DNA from: an uncultured virus (IMG/VR IMGVR_UViG_3300035180_001708)
Lineage: Duplodnaviria > Heunggongvirae > Uroviricota > Caudoviricetes
DNA: 64,000 nt
IMG/VR virus record: IMGVR_UViG_3300035180_001708
Strand: one strand, 5' to 3'
In this document: positions 10,297 through 20,606 of the stretch, one piece after another
Position numbering within the stretch: the first letter of the stretch is position 1
How the letters are laid out: every line of letters begins with the position of its first letter
Program-made: the position numbers and the translations under genes
The notes under the pieces: generated by a model
Database searches by the model: none
Told to the model about the DNA's origin: nothing
Seen by the model: only the letters and a program-made list of their open reading frames with translations

Positions 10297-10359
10297 TTAT
10301 CCTCTTAATTTTTATTGATGAGAAGAAACTACAAAACATAATGTTAACATATGTTATCA

Positions 10360-10380
10360 TTCTTCTTTATAGCTAAGAGG
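10360..10380 (-). promoter_or_regulatory. Class B phage promoter-like motif upstream of phoH-portal-MuF/RNAP operon
   Basis: CCTCTTAGCTATAAAGAAGAA on minus strand, 21/21 identical to 37846-37866. Confidence 0.75.
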
Positions 10381-10420
10381 ACTAGGGGTATTATCCAACG
10401 GGGGCAGGGGGGCGGCCCTC

Positions 10421-10439
10421 CCTCTTTAACGCTAAGAGG
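10421..10439 (-). promoter_or_regulatory. Variant class B motif (CCTCTTAGCGTTAAAGAGG)
   Basis: Close variant of the repeated motif about 60 nt upstream of the perfect copy; ends are self-complementary (CCTCTT/AAGAGG). Confidence 0.5.
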
Positions 10440-10443
10440 TGAG

Positions 10444-10481
10444 AACTGAGGGTTTTTATGTATCTATAATGAGAGAATCGA
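10444..10481 (+). promoter_or_regulatory. Class A early promoter-like motif AACTGAG-N9-GTATCTATAA
   Basis: AACTGAG ggtttttat GTATCTATAATGAGAGAATCGA; 24-nt core shared exactly with 13229-13252; at start of the rightward early region. Confidence 0.7.
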
Positions 10482-10510
10482 CTCTCTAGTATAAACTTCA
10501 AGAGGTGACC

Positions 10511-10660
10511 ATGCTGACCTTCTTCAAACGCCTGTTTTCGTCCTGGGTGTGTAGGAGATGCAAGGTGCGCTACCCGATTAACCCAGTGACAGGAGCGCGG
10601 GTGTATGACTCCGGACAAGGGGTATGCCTCAACTGTAACCACATAACCACTCAAGAGTGA
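10511..10660 (+). CDS. Small zinc-ribbon protein (49 aa), first early gene
   Basis: Below ORF-track cutoff. SD GAGGTG; MLTFFKRLFSSWVCRRCKVRY...GVCLNCNHITTQE with two CxxC. Confidence 0.65.
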   Translation: MLTFFKRLFSSWVCRRCKVRYPINPVTGARVYDSGQGVCLNCNHITTQE

Positions 10661-10663
10661 GAG

Positions 10664-11095
10664 ATGACAGCACAAATCGAACTGATGGCGCTGGCGGCGG
10701 AACGTATGAAGCGGGAGGCGGCTGAGGTTTGCGGCAAGATAGACCGTGGAGAACTTGGCGCGGCGTACTGGAATGTTGCGGACTGCGAGCAGGCCATCCT
10801 CGCCCTCCCCATCGGCTACACCGAGGCCCAGCTTGACGCCGAAGCGATGGCGGGGTTCCCCGAGTCGATGCGCCACCTAGTAGAGGTGCAGTTCAATCGA
10901 CTGTGGGACCATGATTGCCGGGGGGTGTCTGAGCAGCAGAGAGCAGCCTATCGGGCTGATGCAGCTGTTGCTCTGGCTGTGGTTCGCTCAGCAACCCGCC
11001 CAGACTGCTGTGATCAATGCAATGGCCACACCTTTGCCGAGCTGCATGATCGGTCTGGGTGGCGTTGCGTTGAGTGCAAGAAAACCTTTCATTAG
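10664..11095 (+). CDS. Hypothetical protein with C-terminal zinc ribbon
   Basis: CDQC...CVEC at C-terminus. Confidence 0.6.
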   Translation: MTAQIELMALAAERMKREAAEVCGKIDRGELGAAYWNVADCEQAILALPIGYTEAQLDAEAMAGFPESMRHLVEVQFNRLWDHDCRGVSEQQRAAYRADAAVALAVVRSATRPDCCDQCNGHTFAELHDRSGWRCVECKKTFH

Positions 11096-11128
11096 GGAAC
11101 AACTGAATCAAGTGGGAGCTTGTAATCC

Positions 11129-11509
11129 ATGGTTAAGACTAAGCAAGAACTGTTTGACGCTGCCTGGCTTGGACTTGTCAGCCAAGGTCGCAAATCGGTG
11201 GACTTCAAAACAAACATTTGTCAATACAACGGACCAGGAGGACGACATTGTGGGGTGGGTTGGTTGCTGACGCATCTTGATCCAGAGGTGGTAGCGACTT
11301 TCGAGGGTAAAGGTATCTCAACCCTCATGCACGATGGCAAGAGCAAACAGTACCTGGTGGAGTTTGAGGGGTCTCTAGCCTTGCTCAGTGAAATCCAGGA
11401 ATGCCATGATGAACTCAACGCGTTGATGCCTTTTGTGCCCAAATTGTATGAGGGATTCAAGAGAATCGCCGAGCGCTTTGAGTTAGACACTAGGGTCCTG
11501 AATCCATGA
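11129..11509 (+). CDS. Hypothetical phage protein
   Basis: SD GGGAG; QGRKS...CQY...CGVGWL...IQECHD pattern seen in phage early proteins. Confidence 0.7.
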   Translation: MVKTKQELFDAAWLGLVSQGRKSVDFKTNICQYNGPGGRHCGVGWLLTHLDPEVVATFEGKGISTLMHDGKSKQYLVEFEGSLALLSEIQECHDELNALMPFVPKLYEGFKRIAERFELDTRVLNP

Positions 11510-11682
11510 AGTACTGGGTGGTGGCAGAAACAACAGCTCCTAAGTTGGCAGACGAAGTCAATCGGTTGTTGGCTCGAGGTTGGAAACTAAAGGGGGAGAC
11601 ACGCTACGCGAGAGACTCGACGTGGTACCAGGTCATGATCTATGATCGTGTTGTCAGTGAAGAAGACTACGAGGGGAACTAA
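11506..11682 (+). CDS. Small DUF1737-like protein (58 aa)
   Basis: ATGA overlap; LADEVNRLLARGWKLKG...WYQVMI. Confidence 0.5.
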   Translation: MKYWVVAETTAPKLADEVNRLLARGWKLKGETRYARDSTWYQVMIYDRVVSEEDYEGN

Positions 11683-11919
11683 ATGCTTGCAATACTTGGA
11701 TTACTGCTTCTTGTGATTGTGGCATCGTTGTGGGGGTTGTACTGCAACGAGAAGACTTATCGTGAGAGGCAGGCTATTCTGCAAAAGCTTCAGTATTCTG
11801 ACCGTTTTTGGCAGTTGATGGAGGTCTATGAGCTTACAACGTATGAACAGCATCTGTGGGCCACTATGCTGTTCTTGCCCAGGAAACGTTTGTACGGGGG
11901 ACAAACAGATTGGACCTGA
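11683..11919 (+). CDS. Hypothetical membrane-anchored protein
   Basis: SD GAGGGG; N-terminal TM segment. Confidence 0.65.
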   Translation: MLAILGLLLLVIVASLWGLYCNEKTYRERQAILQKLQYSDRFWQLMEVYELTTYEQHLWATMLFLPRKRLYGGQTDWT

Positions 11920-12395
11920 ATCTACTAGAACCCCTTACCTTTGCTGTTTCTCCCACGGTACAAGTTGACCGTTCTAGAAACATCTGGGGTATGTTGTACG
12001 ATGCTTCTTAGGATGACAGAGACTGCAGCGCGGAAGTTTGCAGTGGATCGATTGGTCACAGGAACCCTGTCCGGTCAATCTTTCCTGTTGGCGCTGAACG
12101 AGCCAGTCGATCACCTGATTGCCCTTGCAATTAACAAGATTGAGGGGCGGTCCTCGCCCCCTGTCGTGATTTTGTCTACAGGCATTGCCGCTCTTGCGCA
12201 ACGGAAGTTTGTGCATGCGGTTGACTCTTGCCTTGACAATCCTCTATCAATGATAGGGTCACTAGTAATGACTCGAAAGCTCTGCGCTCTTAGCCGTGGG
12301 CTAAGCCTGTACGACTTCGTGGCCTTTGACAATCGAGACTACGTAACTGCAACAACTGCCGCCCTTGTAGCGGCCATAACTCCCTAGGAGAAACC

Positions 12396-12617
12396 ATGAC
12401 TGGTCTTTATGACGTTAACGGGAAAGAGCTGGCGGTAGGTGACATCATCCTCATTGATCTGTCCAGCACACAGATTGACCCGAACTACTGGTACCCTTGT
12501 TACAAGGTAATCTACAAGGCTCCTAGCTTCCAGCTGGAGTACCTTGGTGGGGCCAAGGACTCGAGCATGGCGCGTTGGAGTTTTACCCAAAGCAAAAACG
12601 TTCATGTGTTGCACTGA
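12396..12617 (+). CDS. YopX-like small protein
   Basis: TGLYDVNGKELAVGDII matches the YopX TGLxDxNGxEIxxGDI motif; SD AGGAG. Confidence 0.65.
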   Translation: MTGLYDVNGKELAVGDIILIDLSSTQIDPNYWYPCYKVIYKAPSFQLEYLGGAKDSSMARWSFTQSKNVHVLH

Positions 12618-12631
12618 CCGGGAGTCAAGTG

Positions 12632-13006
12632 ATGATGAATTACTATCTAGTTGAGTTGGCGTTGACAACCTCGTCAAAACCAAGGTCAAGGTCAACGCAT
12701 CTGGTCAAGGTGCCCCACGAGGAAGAAGCTCTGGGGACTATCCTGCTTCACCTTCAGCAACCAATTGCTGACTGGGCAGTTCACCGCAATCACGTTGGTG
12801 ACTGTACTGTTGACATCCAAGTCGGGGAGGTTCCAGACAATCTCCCCAGGTTGATCAGGACCTTCAAGGTCAGGGCTACAAACAAAGAGGAAGCGCTGGG
12901 GTCGGCGCTTTATCACCTGTCGTCAAACGAAGTAATCGCAAGTTATGAGGTAACTGAGAATGCTCAAGGGGTTAATTTTGTCCACAATGCTCGCGGGGTC
13001 CGCTAG
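12632..13006 (+). CDS. Hypothetical protein with internal duplicated 'KV..xEEALG' unit
   Basis: SD GGGAG; LVKVPHEEEALG / FKVRATNKEEALG. Confidence 0.55.
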   Translation: MMNYYLVELALTTSSKPRSRSTHLVKVPHEEEALGTILLHLQQPIADWAVHRNHVGDCTVDIQVGEVPDNLPRLIRTFKVRATNKEEALGSALYHLSSNEVIASYEVTENAQGVNFVHNARGVR

Positions 13007-13220
13007 CGCCGAAAACTACTATGTTGTGATTGACGTTCACATCATGGTCGACAAAGACTCGGAGCTCCAGACTTTTTCAGGGGTGCTGGACTCTGGTTTT
13101 CAGTCGGAAGACCTTTGCAAAGCTGCCACGCAGCTGGCAATGGATAAGTTGCTTCGAGACCAGGCAAAGTTGTTTGGTCTTTGGTACGAGTACCGTTGTA
13201 TTCCTGGTATAAAAAACTGA
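12960..13220 (+). CDS. Small secreted two-Cys protein
   Basis: Signal peptide (ASA-E); FQSEDLC...YRCIP. Confidence 0.6.
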   Translation: MLKGLILSTMLAGSASAENYYVVIDVHIMVDKDSELQTFSGVLDSGFQSEDLCKAATQLAMDKLLRDQAKLFGLWYEYRCIPGIKN

Positions 13221-13252
13221 GGAAAACAATGTATCTATAATGAGAGAATCGA
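13215..13252 (+). promoter_or_regulatory. Class A early promoter-like motif
   Basis: AACTGAG gaaaacaat GTATCTATAATGAGAGAATCGA. Confidence 0.7.
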
Positions 13253-13291
13253 ATCTCAACCCCGGCTTTATAGCCCCAACAGGAGGTCATC

Positions 13292-13543
13292 ATGACCACT
13301 ATCAAAGTTCTTCGGAACTTCCGCATCGTCCCACTTAACGGTGGTGGCGTTTGCGCTATCGGAACCCTCGACGGGGCCGATTGGAAGACCACACGAATCG
13401 TGGGCGCTCAGCCTGGTCATGTGAAGACTGCAAGCGGTACTGTGTACCAACTTGTAGAACCTCACGTTTCATTGTGGGCCTTTAGTCTGCAACTGAAACG
13501 TCCGGAAGAATACAAGAAGCTGGTTGACAACCAGGCTTTTTGA
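13292..13543 (+). CDS. Hypothetical small beta-rich protein
   Basis: Strong SD AGGAGG directly after class A motif. Confidence 0.75.
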   Translation: MTTIKVLRNFRIVPLNGGGVCAIGTLDGADWKTTRIVGAQPGHVKTASGTVYQLVEPHVSLWAFSLQLKRPEEYKKLVDNQAF

Positions 13544-13715
13544 GACTTTAAAACCGCGTTTGTGGGGATCGTAACTTAAAACCCTCTTATCCTCTTACAA
13601 CTAAAATAGACCCAACCAGCTGCAGTCGAGTTCTGCTTTATCTCATCTAAAAAAGGCAACCTAAAAACCTGCAGCGAACTTAGTTAGAGCACCTAAGTCT
13701 ATAAAAGCTCATTCT

Positions 13716-13744
13716 AAAAGGCAAGGTGTTACTTTGCTTTTTTA
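13716..13744. terminator. Intrinsic (probably bidirectional) terminator
   Basis: AAAAG-GCAAGGT-GTT-ACTTTGC-TTTTTTT. Confidence 0.7.
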
Positions 13745-13808
13745 TGCCCACCGCCACGGGTCGTAAACCCTCACACTGGCTTCTGCCCCCAACCCTGATA
13801 GGAATCAA

Positions 13809-14150
13809 ATGATGCAAGTCATTCTAGACTATACCTCCCTTTCGCTTGTCTTGTTCATGGTGATTCTGATCTGTGCAGTTTCAGATTTAAGCAGTATCTT
13901 CTCTAGTATACTGTCAATTGCCATACTGTCAGTTATTTTCTTTGCGATAACTTCCCAGGGCCACACACCTTGGGATCTGAATGCTTCTGTTGGTTTGCGC
14001 AACAGTGACAGCCAAGTTGCTGTTTCCACAATGAGGTTCAACAGCCGACTTGCGTGTGAGACCAAGCTACTGGCACTCAAGATCGGAGTGCCTTCGTCCG
14101 TCGACTTCCATGGCTTTTGCCAACAACCCTCCAAAGGAGAATCCAAATGA
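13809..14150 (+). CDS. Membrane protein with C-terminal two-Cys domain
   Basis: Two TM segments; RFNSRLAC...GFCQQ. Confidence 0.6.
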   Translation: MMQVILDYTSLSLVLFMVILICAVSDLSSIFSSILSIAILSVIFFAITSQGHTPWDLNASVGLRNSDSQVAVSTMRFNSRLACETKLLALKIGVPSSVDFHGFCQQPSKGESK

Positions 14151-14410
14151 AATACGTCTTGGCCTGCCTTGCTGCTCTTGCAGCGTCTCCGTCGAATGCC
14201 TGGGTCATCATGTTCACCGCGTCTACCTATGAGACAGATCATCACTTGATCACGGTGACTTTTTCGTCTGGGTTGGACTACCCAACGAAGCAATTCTGTG
14301 AGCGTGTCCTTGCCGAGACGGTTGGGGACTATCGGCTCTTGCTTGAGGACAAAAAGGCCTCGGGTGAAATTCTCAACGGAGACCTCGTTGGGGTCTGCCT
14401 TGAACACTGA
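14147..14410 (+). CDS. Small secreted two-Cys protein
   Basis: SD AGGAG; signal peptide MKYVLACLAALAASPSNA; YPTKQFC...GVCLE. Confidence 0.65.
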   Translation: MKYVLACLAALAASPSNAWVIMFTASTYETDHHLITVTFSSGLDYPTKQFCERVLAETVGDYRLLLEDKKASGEILNGDLVGVCLEH

Positions 14411-14528
14411 GATTATGGCCTAGTTATAAATAACTAAGGTCTAATGACCCCTGGACCGGGGTTATAGCAAGTAGGGCCCGACCTGAGCACGTGCGTTAAA
14501 CTGCTCTTATGCTAACGAAGGGGTCACA

Positions 14529-17069
14529 ATGAAATCTTTTGTTCTAACACTCGAAGGCCGACTGAAGGTAGTGTCTGGTCCTTTCTCGTCTCTTCCCTGG
14601 AAACTTGACCAGGTTATCGCAACAGGGGAAACGCCTCACGAGGCTGCGCTTGATGTCATGCGTGGTATTAAGGAGTTTCTGCCACTGGACTTCACGTTGA
14701 TCAAGGTGTTCGAGGTCTCCGAAAAGCCTATATTGGAGATCAAGTAATGTTTCCAGGAGACTACACAGACTACGGTGGTTATGCCTACCGTAATGGCTTT
14801 ACCATGATAGACCGATCGGACTGTCTGGTGCGCAAAGGAGCTCTTGTTGGCTCTACTCCTGGATTCTGGCCAGGTCATCGTTGGAAAGACATCAAACCCG
14901 AGGAAGCTTGGCATGTGGTTCTTGGTGAAGGGCCTTTGTTTCTCGGTTTGTACAAGGGGTCTGGCCTTGTTTTTTTCAACGGAGATCATCTTTCACCGAT
15001 AGGGGATCTTTACGACTATCAAGTTCATCGTTATGAAATTGCTGGTCAGAGAGTCATTGCGAAGATTGAGCAACATGAAGGTAGAAACTTCTTGTTGGCC
15101 AAGATGATCATGACAAACAACATCATCTGGTCTGGTTACTCTGGTCCTGAGGTAGGGGCTGGGATCAAGGATGATGTTGAAACTTCTCCACAACGACTGT
15201 GGTTGAATGAAAGGTTGAAGACATGAAAACAAGAGGTCTCCACAAAAACTTTGCCGAGCTTGGGTTGTTTGTGGACGATGTGGTGGTGTGTGAAGCTTCG
15301 ATAAGCCCTGAGTACGTCATTGGTCAGAAGTACAGGATCAAAGCTAACAAGGAAAAAGTCCTGTGTGTCGAGGGCTTTTCCAAGGTTCTGGTGGATGGTC
15401 GGGAAGGCCGGTGGCGGAGAATTACGTCATGAGATACAATCTTTATTGTGACTACCTCTTCATAAAGGTAGAACACGATGGGTTTGGTAGAGTCTGGGAG
15501 CCCGAAGCTGGCCCTATCTGTGAGATCAAGTTGATGAAGCTTAGATCTCAAGAAAGACTTTGGGTTTCCGCAAACCACCGAGAAGATTCTGTTCACAAAT
15601 CGGAAGCCTATTCTTTTGTGAACCAAACAGACCAGACCCTGTGGTTGAACCAGCATCCCACTGCGGTGTACGGTAGGTTTGAAGACCAAAATGACTGGGT
15701 TGTGCGCAAGGCCTGGAAGGGGAGTGCGCCAGTCCACAGTAAAGAGTACGAAGACTGTATGTTTGGTTACTACGACATTAGAAGGTATCTCTGCATAGTG
15801 AAGGAATGGGCTCTTGGGCAGAGACAAGATCCAGAGTTCAAGGCAAGGTTAACCCCAGCCTTGATGAAGGCAATGGCTAAGCACGAAAAGGACATCTGTG
15901 CAAAGCTTTATGGCGACTATGGTATGCATGTCTTGTTCACTCCCTTGATGGAGCAGAACGAGCAAAAAGAGTGGCTGCCCTTGAGAGGGGCAGTACAAGT
16001 TTCCATCAACAAAGGGGGTCTGTAGTGAACTGGAAATTGCTTGCCTGGGAGCCGGTCTTTAACGACCAGAACCAACTCACCCATTTCCTGCAAGACGATG
16101 GAGACAAAGAAGGAAAAATCATCATCCCTCTGGATGAGCAACAAAAGGAGAAGATAAAATGCTTGCACTCTTTCTCGCCGCCGTAATTGGTGGTGGACTG
16201 GTCTACGGAGCATTCCTTTGCCAGGAATACTACCGCTTCCACGCAAGAGTCGCTATTCAGCGTTCTTGGGACTTGACTCCAGGCAAGGCAGGGATTCTTC
16301 TCGAAGCCCACAAACTTGCCATTGACGGCCTCATCCGAGAGGTTAAGTGTGCAATCGAGGAGGGGCGAGACGATGCGCTACCTGCCCTGGTTGCTCGCAT
16401 CAAGCAGCTTGAGGGTAACCGCAAGACGCTGTTTGTTGCCAAGGGTATCGTCCAGAACAATCCTTGGTTCAGGGCAGGCTACGACTACAAACCTGTTCAC
16501 GATGTTGCGAGGGTTATCCGTGAAACCTCGAAAAATCCTGAGAGGGTGCTGGAGAGCTACCGCGTGTTTCCTGGTGAGGCAGGAATCACTGTCTCCGGCA
16601 AAGTGAACGAAAACACGGAAATCCGCTTTGATAACATCGTTTCAATGGCGGACGGCTGGATCACTGGGCCGGACGGTAACAAATACCGGCTAGGGACTCC
16701 CGCCAAGAAAGAGCCTTACAGAAAGGGAGCTGCTAAGTGAGCGAAGGCCCTAGACGATTCGTCGTCTTTGACTACGAGAAAGCTACGTCTGCAATCTTGG
16801 TTGTGGACAGAGCGATCGCAAAAAATAAAGACCAGCTGCACAGGGAGGTTGTGGCTGGTCTTGGTCTGAAACGTTACATCATCGGACCGTTCAAATGGGA
16901 AACAACCCAGGAAGATATCAACAGGGCCTACAGAGAGTTTGTGGAAGTTCCGGGAGGACTTCGCTTTGGTCAAGCTCTCATGAACGAATTCGGGACAAGT
17001 CCCTGCCCAGACCTCTTTTATGAGCGTTCGGCAGAAAAGGCATTGCAGATAGCAGAGAGCTATCTGTAG
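14529..17069 (+). other. Run of coupled hypothetical early CDSs (14529-14747, 14747-15226, 15223-15432, 15429-16025, ~16025-16186, 16159-16740, 16737-17069)
   Basis: Head-to-tail ORFs with TAATG/ATGA/GTGA overlaps; no recognisable family. Confidence 0.65.
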
Positions 17070-17111
17070 GGTTTCGTAACCCAGTAAGCAGCACAAACAA
17101 AAGAGGGAAAG

Positions 17112-19693
17112 ATGATCAGAGACATCAGTATGGGGCTAGTGGTGGCAGTAGTGCTTTGGTACCTGCCTGAGATCATTCACATGACCTTGAGGGTGCTGTA
17201 AATGGTACAGGAGGTTAAGGCCTGGAAGCCAGAAGGCTCTGACGAACTCTTTGACAGCTTGGAGGCTGCCGAGGTGTTTGAGAGGGATTCACGAGTAATG
17301 TTAGCCTTGATTGACCTTGAAGATCCCGGCAATCAGGGCTTTGTTTCGATTCAGTTGGTCATGGACAACCTCGATCGGCTGATCGGGTTGTTGTACGCTC
17401 CCGATGGAGAAACCATTTACAAGAGACTGGAAGAGTAATGATTGTGGTAGGCTCACTGTTGTTGGGTGTGATTATCTACAGCAGTGTCTTGGGTAAGGGG
17501 TTGAAGCTTGGTTACACGGGGGCAATTGTTACTCTTGCAATTGTTCCCGTACTCTACAGTGTAACTTCCAGTTGGGAGTGCACTGTAGGGCTGAGCTTGG
17601 CCACTTTCCTTTTTTTATCACTGTAGGAGACTGCGGTGAGTACAGTCTACAGCACAACAGATGGTTCTTGTTGGGATCATGCTGTTGATGGTAACGGGCT
17701 TGTGTACAGACGGTTGCTCCCTGATGGTCAATGGGAGCAGCTAACTGTGGAAGAGTTGGCTGATTTTTCCACAAACTATCTCGACTTTATTGACAACCTC
17801 AAAACGGTGTAAACATGGACAAACAAACTGAAATCACCCAGGCAGCTGCAACCGCTGAGAAGAAAGACGAGGCCTTCAAGCACTACTTGATGGACTATGC
17901 TGGCTTTGTCACACCCCAACACGGGTTGTGGAATGGGGATGACCGGATGCTGGCAAGGCTGTCTCACTTGTCGATCATCCAGCAGCAAAGGATCATGCGC
18001 GCCAGGGCCGCCCGTCGCCGTCACGAAGAGGCCAAGACCAAGACCAACACCCCGGCGCCTGTCTTCAGCCGTGCCGACTGGTATGCGAAGGTTCAGCTTG
18101 CTCGTCAGGCTCGCGCCTTGCACCTGCTGCGGGCCTTCATGAAGGGTCAACCCTACAAGCAGATCGAGAAAAACATCCGGGACACGACGATGCAGCCCGG
18201 CAGGCTTCTGTGGAGCTACCTTCCTTGTATCCCCCGGTTCTCGAAGGATCCGGCGTTCATCGATATGTTGCTTGCGTGGCTGAAGGAAGCTCCTGAAGAA
18301 AAGGCCGCAGTCCAGGATTCTGGCTGGGTCGACGTTGGCGAGCTCCCGCCCGCTCCCGAAACGAACCCCGATACTGGGTTGGCTTGCTGCTAACCTTATC
18401 ACATAACCGCTAACGCGAGGACTACATGACACTTACTATAGATCAGGCTGTTGCCTACGTTGCAAAAAGAGAAGCGGTAGACTTGGTCTACGGGCAAGTA
18501 CGTCAAACAACACTGGAGGCAGCTCTCAATGAAGGGCTGCTTTCTACCAGGTATGATGAGAAAAAGGGGCGTATTCTCGTCAAAGTTACACCGGAAGGTC
18601 ATCGCCGTTTGTGGGAGATTGCGAATGCTGACTGAGTTGGCGTTGTTTGTGATTGTGTTGGTTCTAGCAGACTGCCTCTACGATGCGGTCTATTACGATG
18701 AGGGCATGCTTAAGATTGTTGTTATCGCGGCAACCGCGGCTGGTTGTCTGGGTATTCTGAGTCTGCTTGAGCATGCCTGAACCTTGGACCGTGGCCGTGT
18801 TGGTCTTTGTCGTGCTCAACTTTTTCGTTAGCATTCTGTCGGCCCGCCAAATGGTGAGTCGATTCACGGTGCTGGCGGTAGCTATGTGGTCAGCCGCGGC
18901 TCTTGTGCTCTCCCTGGTATACATTCTTCTCGGGGTAGGCTACGCTATCTTGCTCATGTTGGTGGTGATTGCCCTTATCATAACAGGAATACTCTAATGA
19001 CTCAACAGCTCATGGAGAGTGTGTTGTTCGTCTGCGCGGTGGCTCTGGCTAGCCTCACCGCCTACAATCTGATTGCGGGAAACCTGGTGGCTTGTCTGGT
19101 TTCCACCACCGTGCTGGTCTGTGTTCTGTTCATGATAAGGAGCGTCAATGAAGACGAGTAGTATCTTATACGGGTTAGCCTGTGTCGTGGTGGGCTTTCT
19201 TCTCGGGCAGTCTGTTCACCAGATCATGTGGATTGTCTGGTCTGGTTTGTTCCTTCTGGTGGCGGGGGTCGGCTTTTGGCAGTTGTTGCACCGGGGTCGG
19301 TAGTTGTCATTCGGGAGTTTGATGACGTGCCTGAGCATCTGTTTCTTGTCGACTCGGTTGAAGAAGACCTAGTAACTGGTTACGCTGTTTCAGGTTGGTT
19401 AGCGGGGGCTTATGGTGAGCCTTCGATTCAACTCATAAAGGAGCTAAAATGACAGACGCTGTCTGTATTCTGATTTTCTTTGTCGTGGCAGCTTGGTTTG
19501 TCTGGGGTATAGGCCAATGATTGCCACTCCTGCCAACATCATTGCTGCGCTTGTGCTGTCGCTCTTGGTTATGATGGGCATCATGCAGTATGTGATCCAT
19601 CTGGAGTGGCAAGCCTGCTTGGTAAAAGGTGGTGATCCCGTCATCATCGAAAATTCTGTGGTCTGTTATGACAAGGGAGTCGTGTTCCAATGA
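17112..19693 (+). other. Cluster of small, mostly hydrophobic early CDSs (incl. 17202-17438, 17438-17626, 17815-18393, 18426-18635, 18767-18997)
   Basis: Dense overlapping short ORFs, many of them 1-3 TM segments. Confidence 0.6.
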
Positions 19694-20331
19694 TCGGTTT
19701 TCGTTTCGGTTTTGAACTCGAGGGATTCAACACCAACAAAGACGGTGAAGTGCAGCTTCCTGAGAAGGGAATGCCGCTGGATGGTTTTCCGGGGCTGGTT
19801 GAGGTCAGAACGTCAGGTGGTCAGACGCTCGAGGACGCTATCTGGTTGCTGAAACGAGAGGTCAGCAAGTACCCCTTGGTGAACTTCAGCCTCTGTCGGC
19901 ATCGCTTCAACGCAGCAGACCTGTCGTTGTTGCGTCGAAACTACCCCTTCTCGAAGCGGCAGGTGGAGGTCAATAACGTGTATGGCCTGAAGCCCCGGTT
20001 GATGGCCGGAATTACAATGTCCAGCCTCCAGATCAGCATCAGTCGGCAGGTTGCCGAACCGTACCAGGTGCAACGAATCGACAGCAACGGGCGTACCTTT
20101 ATCCATAGCCACTCGGCGCAATATGGGTTGTTTGACTTCGTGCCAGTGATCCGAAAGCTCGACAGCTTGTTTGCCGAGCCGATCAAACGGTCGGGACGTG
20201 CGCCGGGGTGGTACGCGGTCAAGGGTGATCGGGTGGAGTACCGGTCGCTGCCGAGCTCTGTCTGGGCTGATTGGGGTTACAAACCGCGCGCTCTTCAGGC
20301 TCTTCTCGAGACCTGTTTCCAACAACCATGA
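19690..20331 (+). CDS. Divergent COOH-NH2 ligase-like protein
   Basis: FGFELEGF, DG...LVEVR, and C-terminal RAPGWYAVKGDRVEYRSLPS; the GGHxH motif is replaced by SSLQIS. Confidence 0.65.
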   Translation: MIGFRFGFELEGFNTNKDGEVQLPEKGMPLDGFPGLVEVRTSGGQTLEDAIWLLKREVSKYPLVNFSLCRHRFNAADLSLLRRNYPFSKRQVEVNNVYGLKPRLMAGITMSSLQISISRQVAEPYQVQRIDSNGRTFIHSHSAQYGLFDFVPVIRKLDSLFAEPIKRSGRAPGWYAVKGDRVEYRSLPSSVWADWGYKPRALQALLETCFQQP

Positions 20332-20606
20332 AAGGTCGTCTTTGTTCACCATAGCTCGTAAGACCCGCCATGCGATAAGGCAACGAGCACTAAGAAAGGT
20401 TCGTCGTTTTGACAACCACCGAGTCTTTGCCTATTGCTCGGCTGTTGAGTATCTTGTTCTGTGTGACTTCTTTGGTTCAGAGGTCATTGACAGAGATTAC
20501 CTTCAAAGTCAGATATCGAAGGGACAGAGTCGCTCTGCTCATCGGTACTTCAATGTTACACCTGAAATAGCCCACCAGTATGAACACTGGAGAAAGAGAC
20601 ACTAAA

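Noticed and set aside
11941..12387. 148-aa plus-strand ORF as a confident gene
   Set aside because: TTG start without SD and no recognisable motif; may be real from an internal ATG but cannot be supported
13556..13610. preQ1-I riboswitch or tRNA/tmRNA-like look of GGGGATCGTAAC...CCCTC
   Set aside because: Stem and A-rich tail do not fit the preQ1 consensus; no cloverleaf, T-loop or CCA end
17790..17815. TTGACA as a sigma70 -35 box
   Set aside because: No -10 hexamer at 16-18 nt spacing; lies within a small ORF
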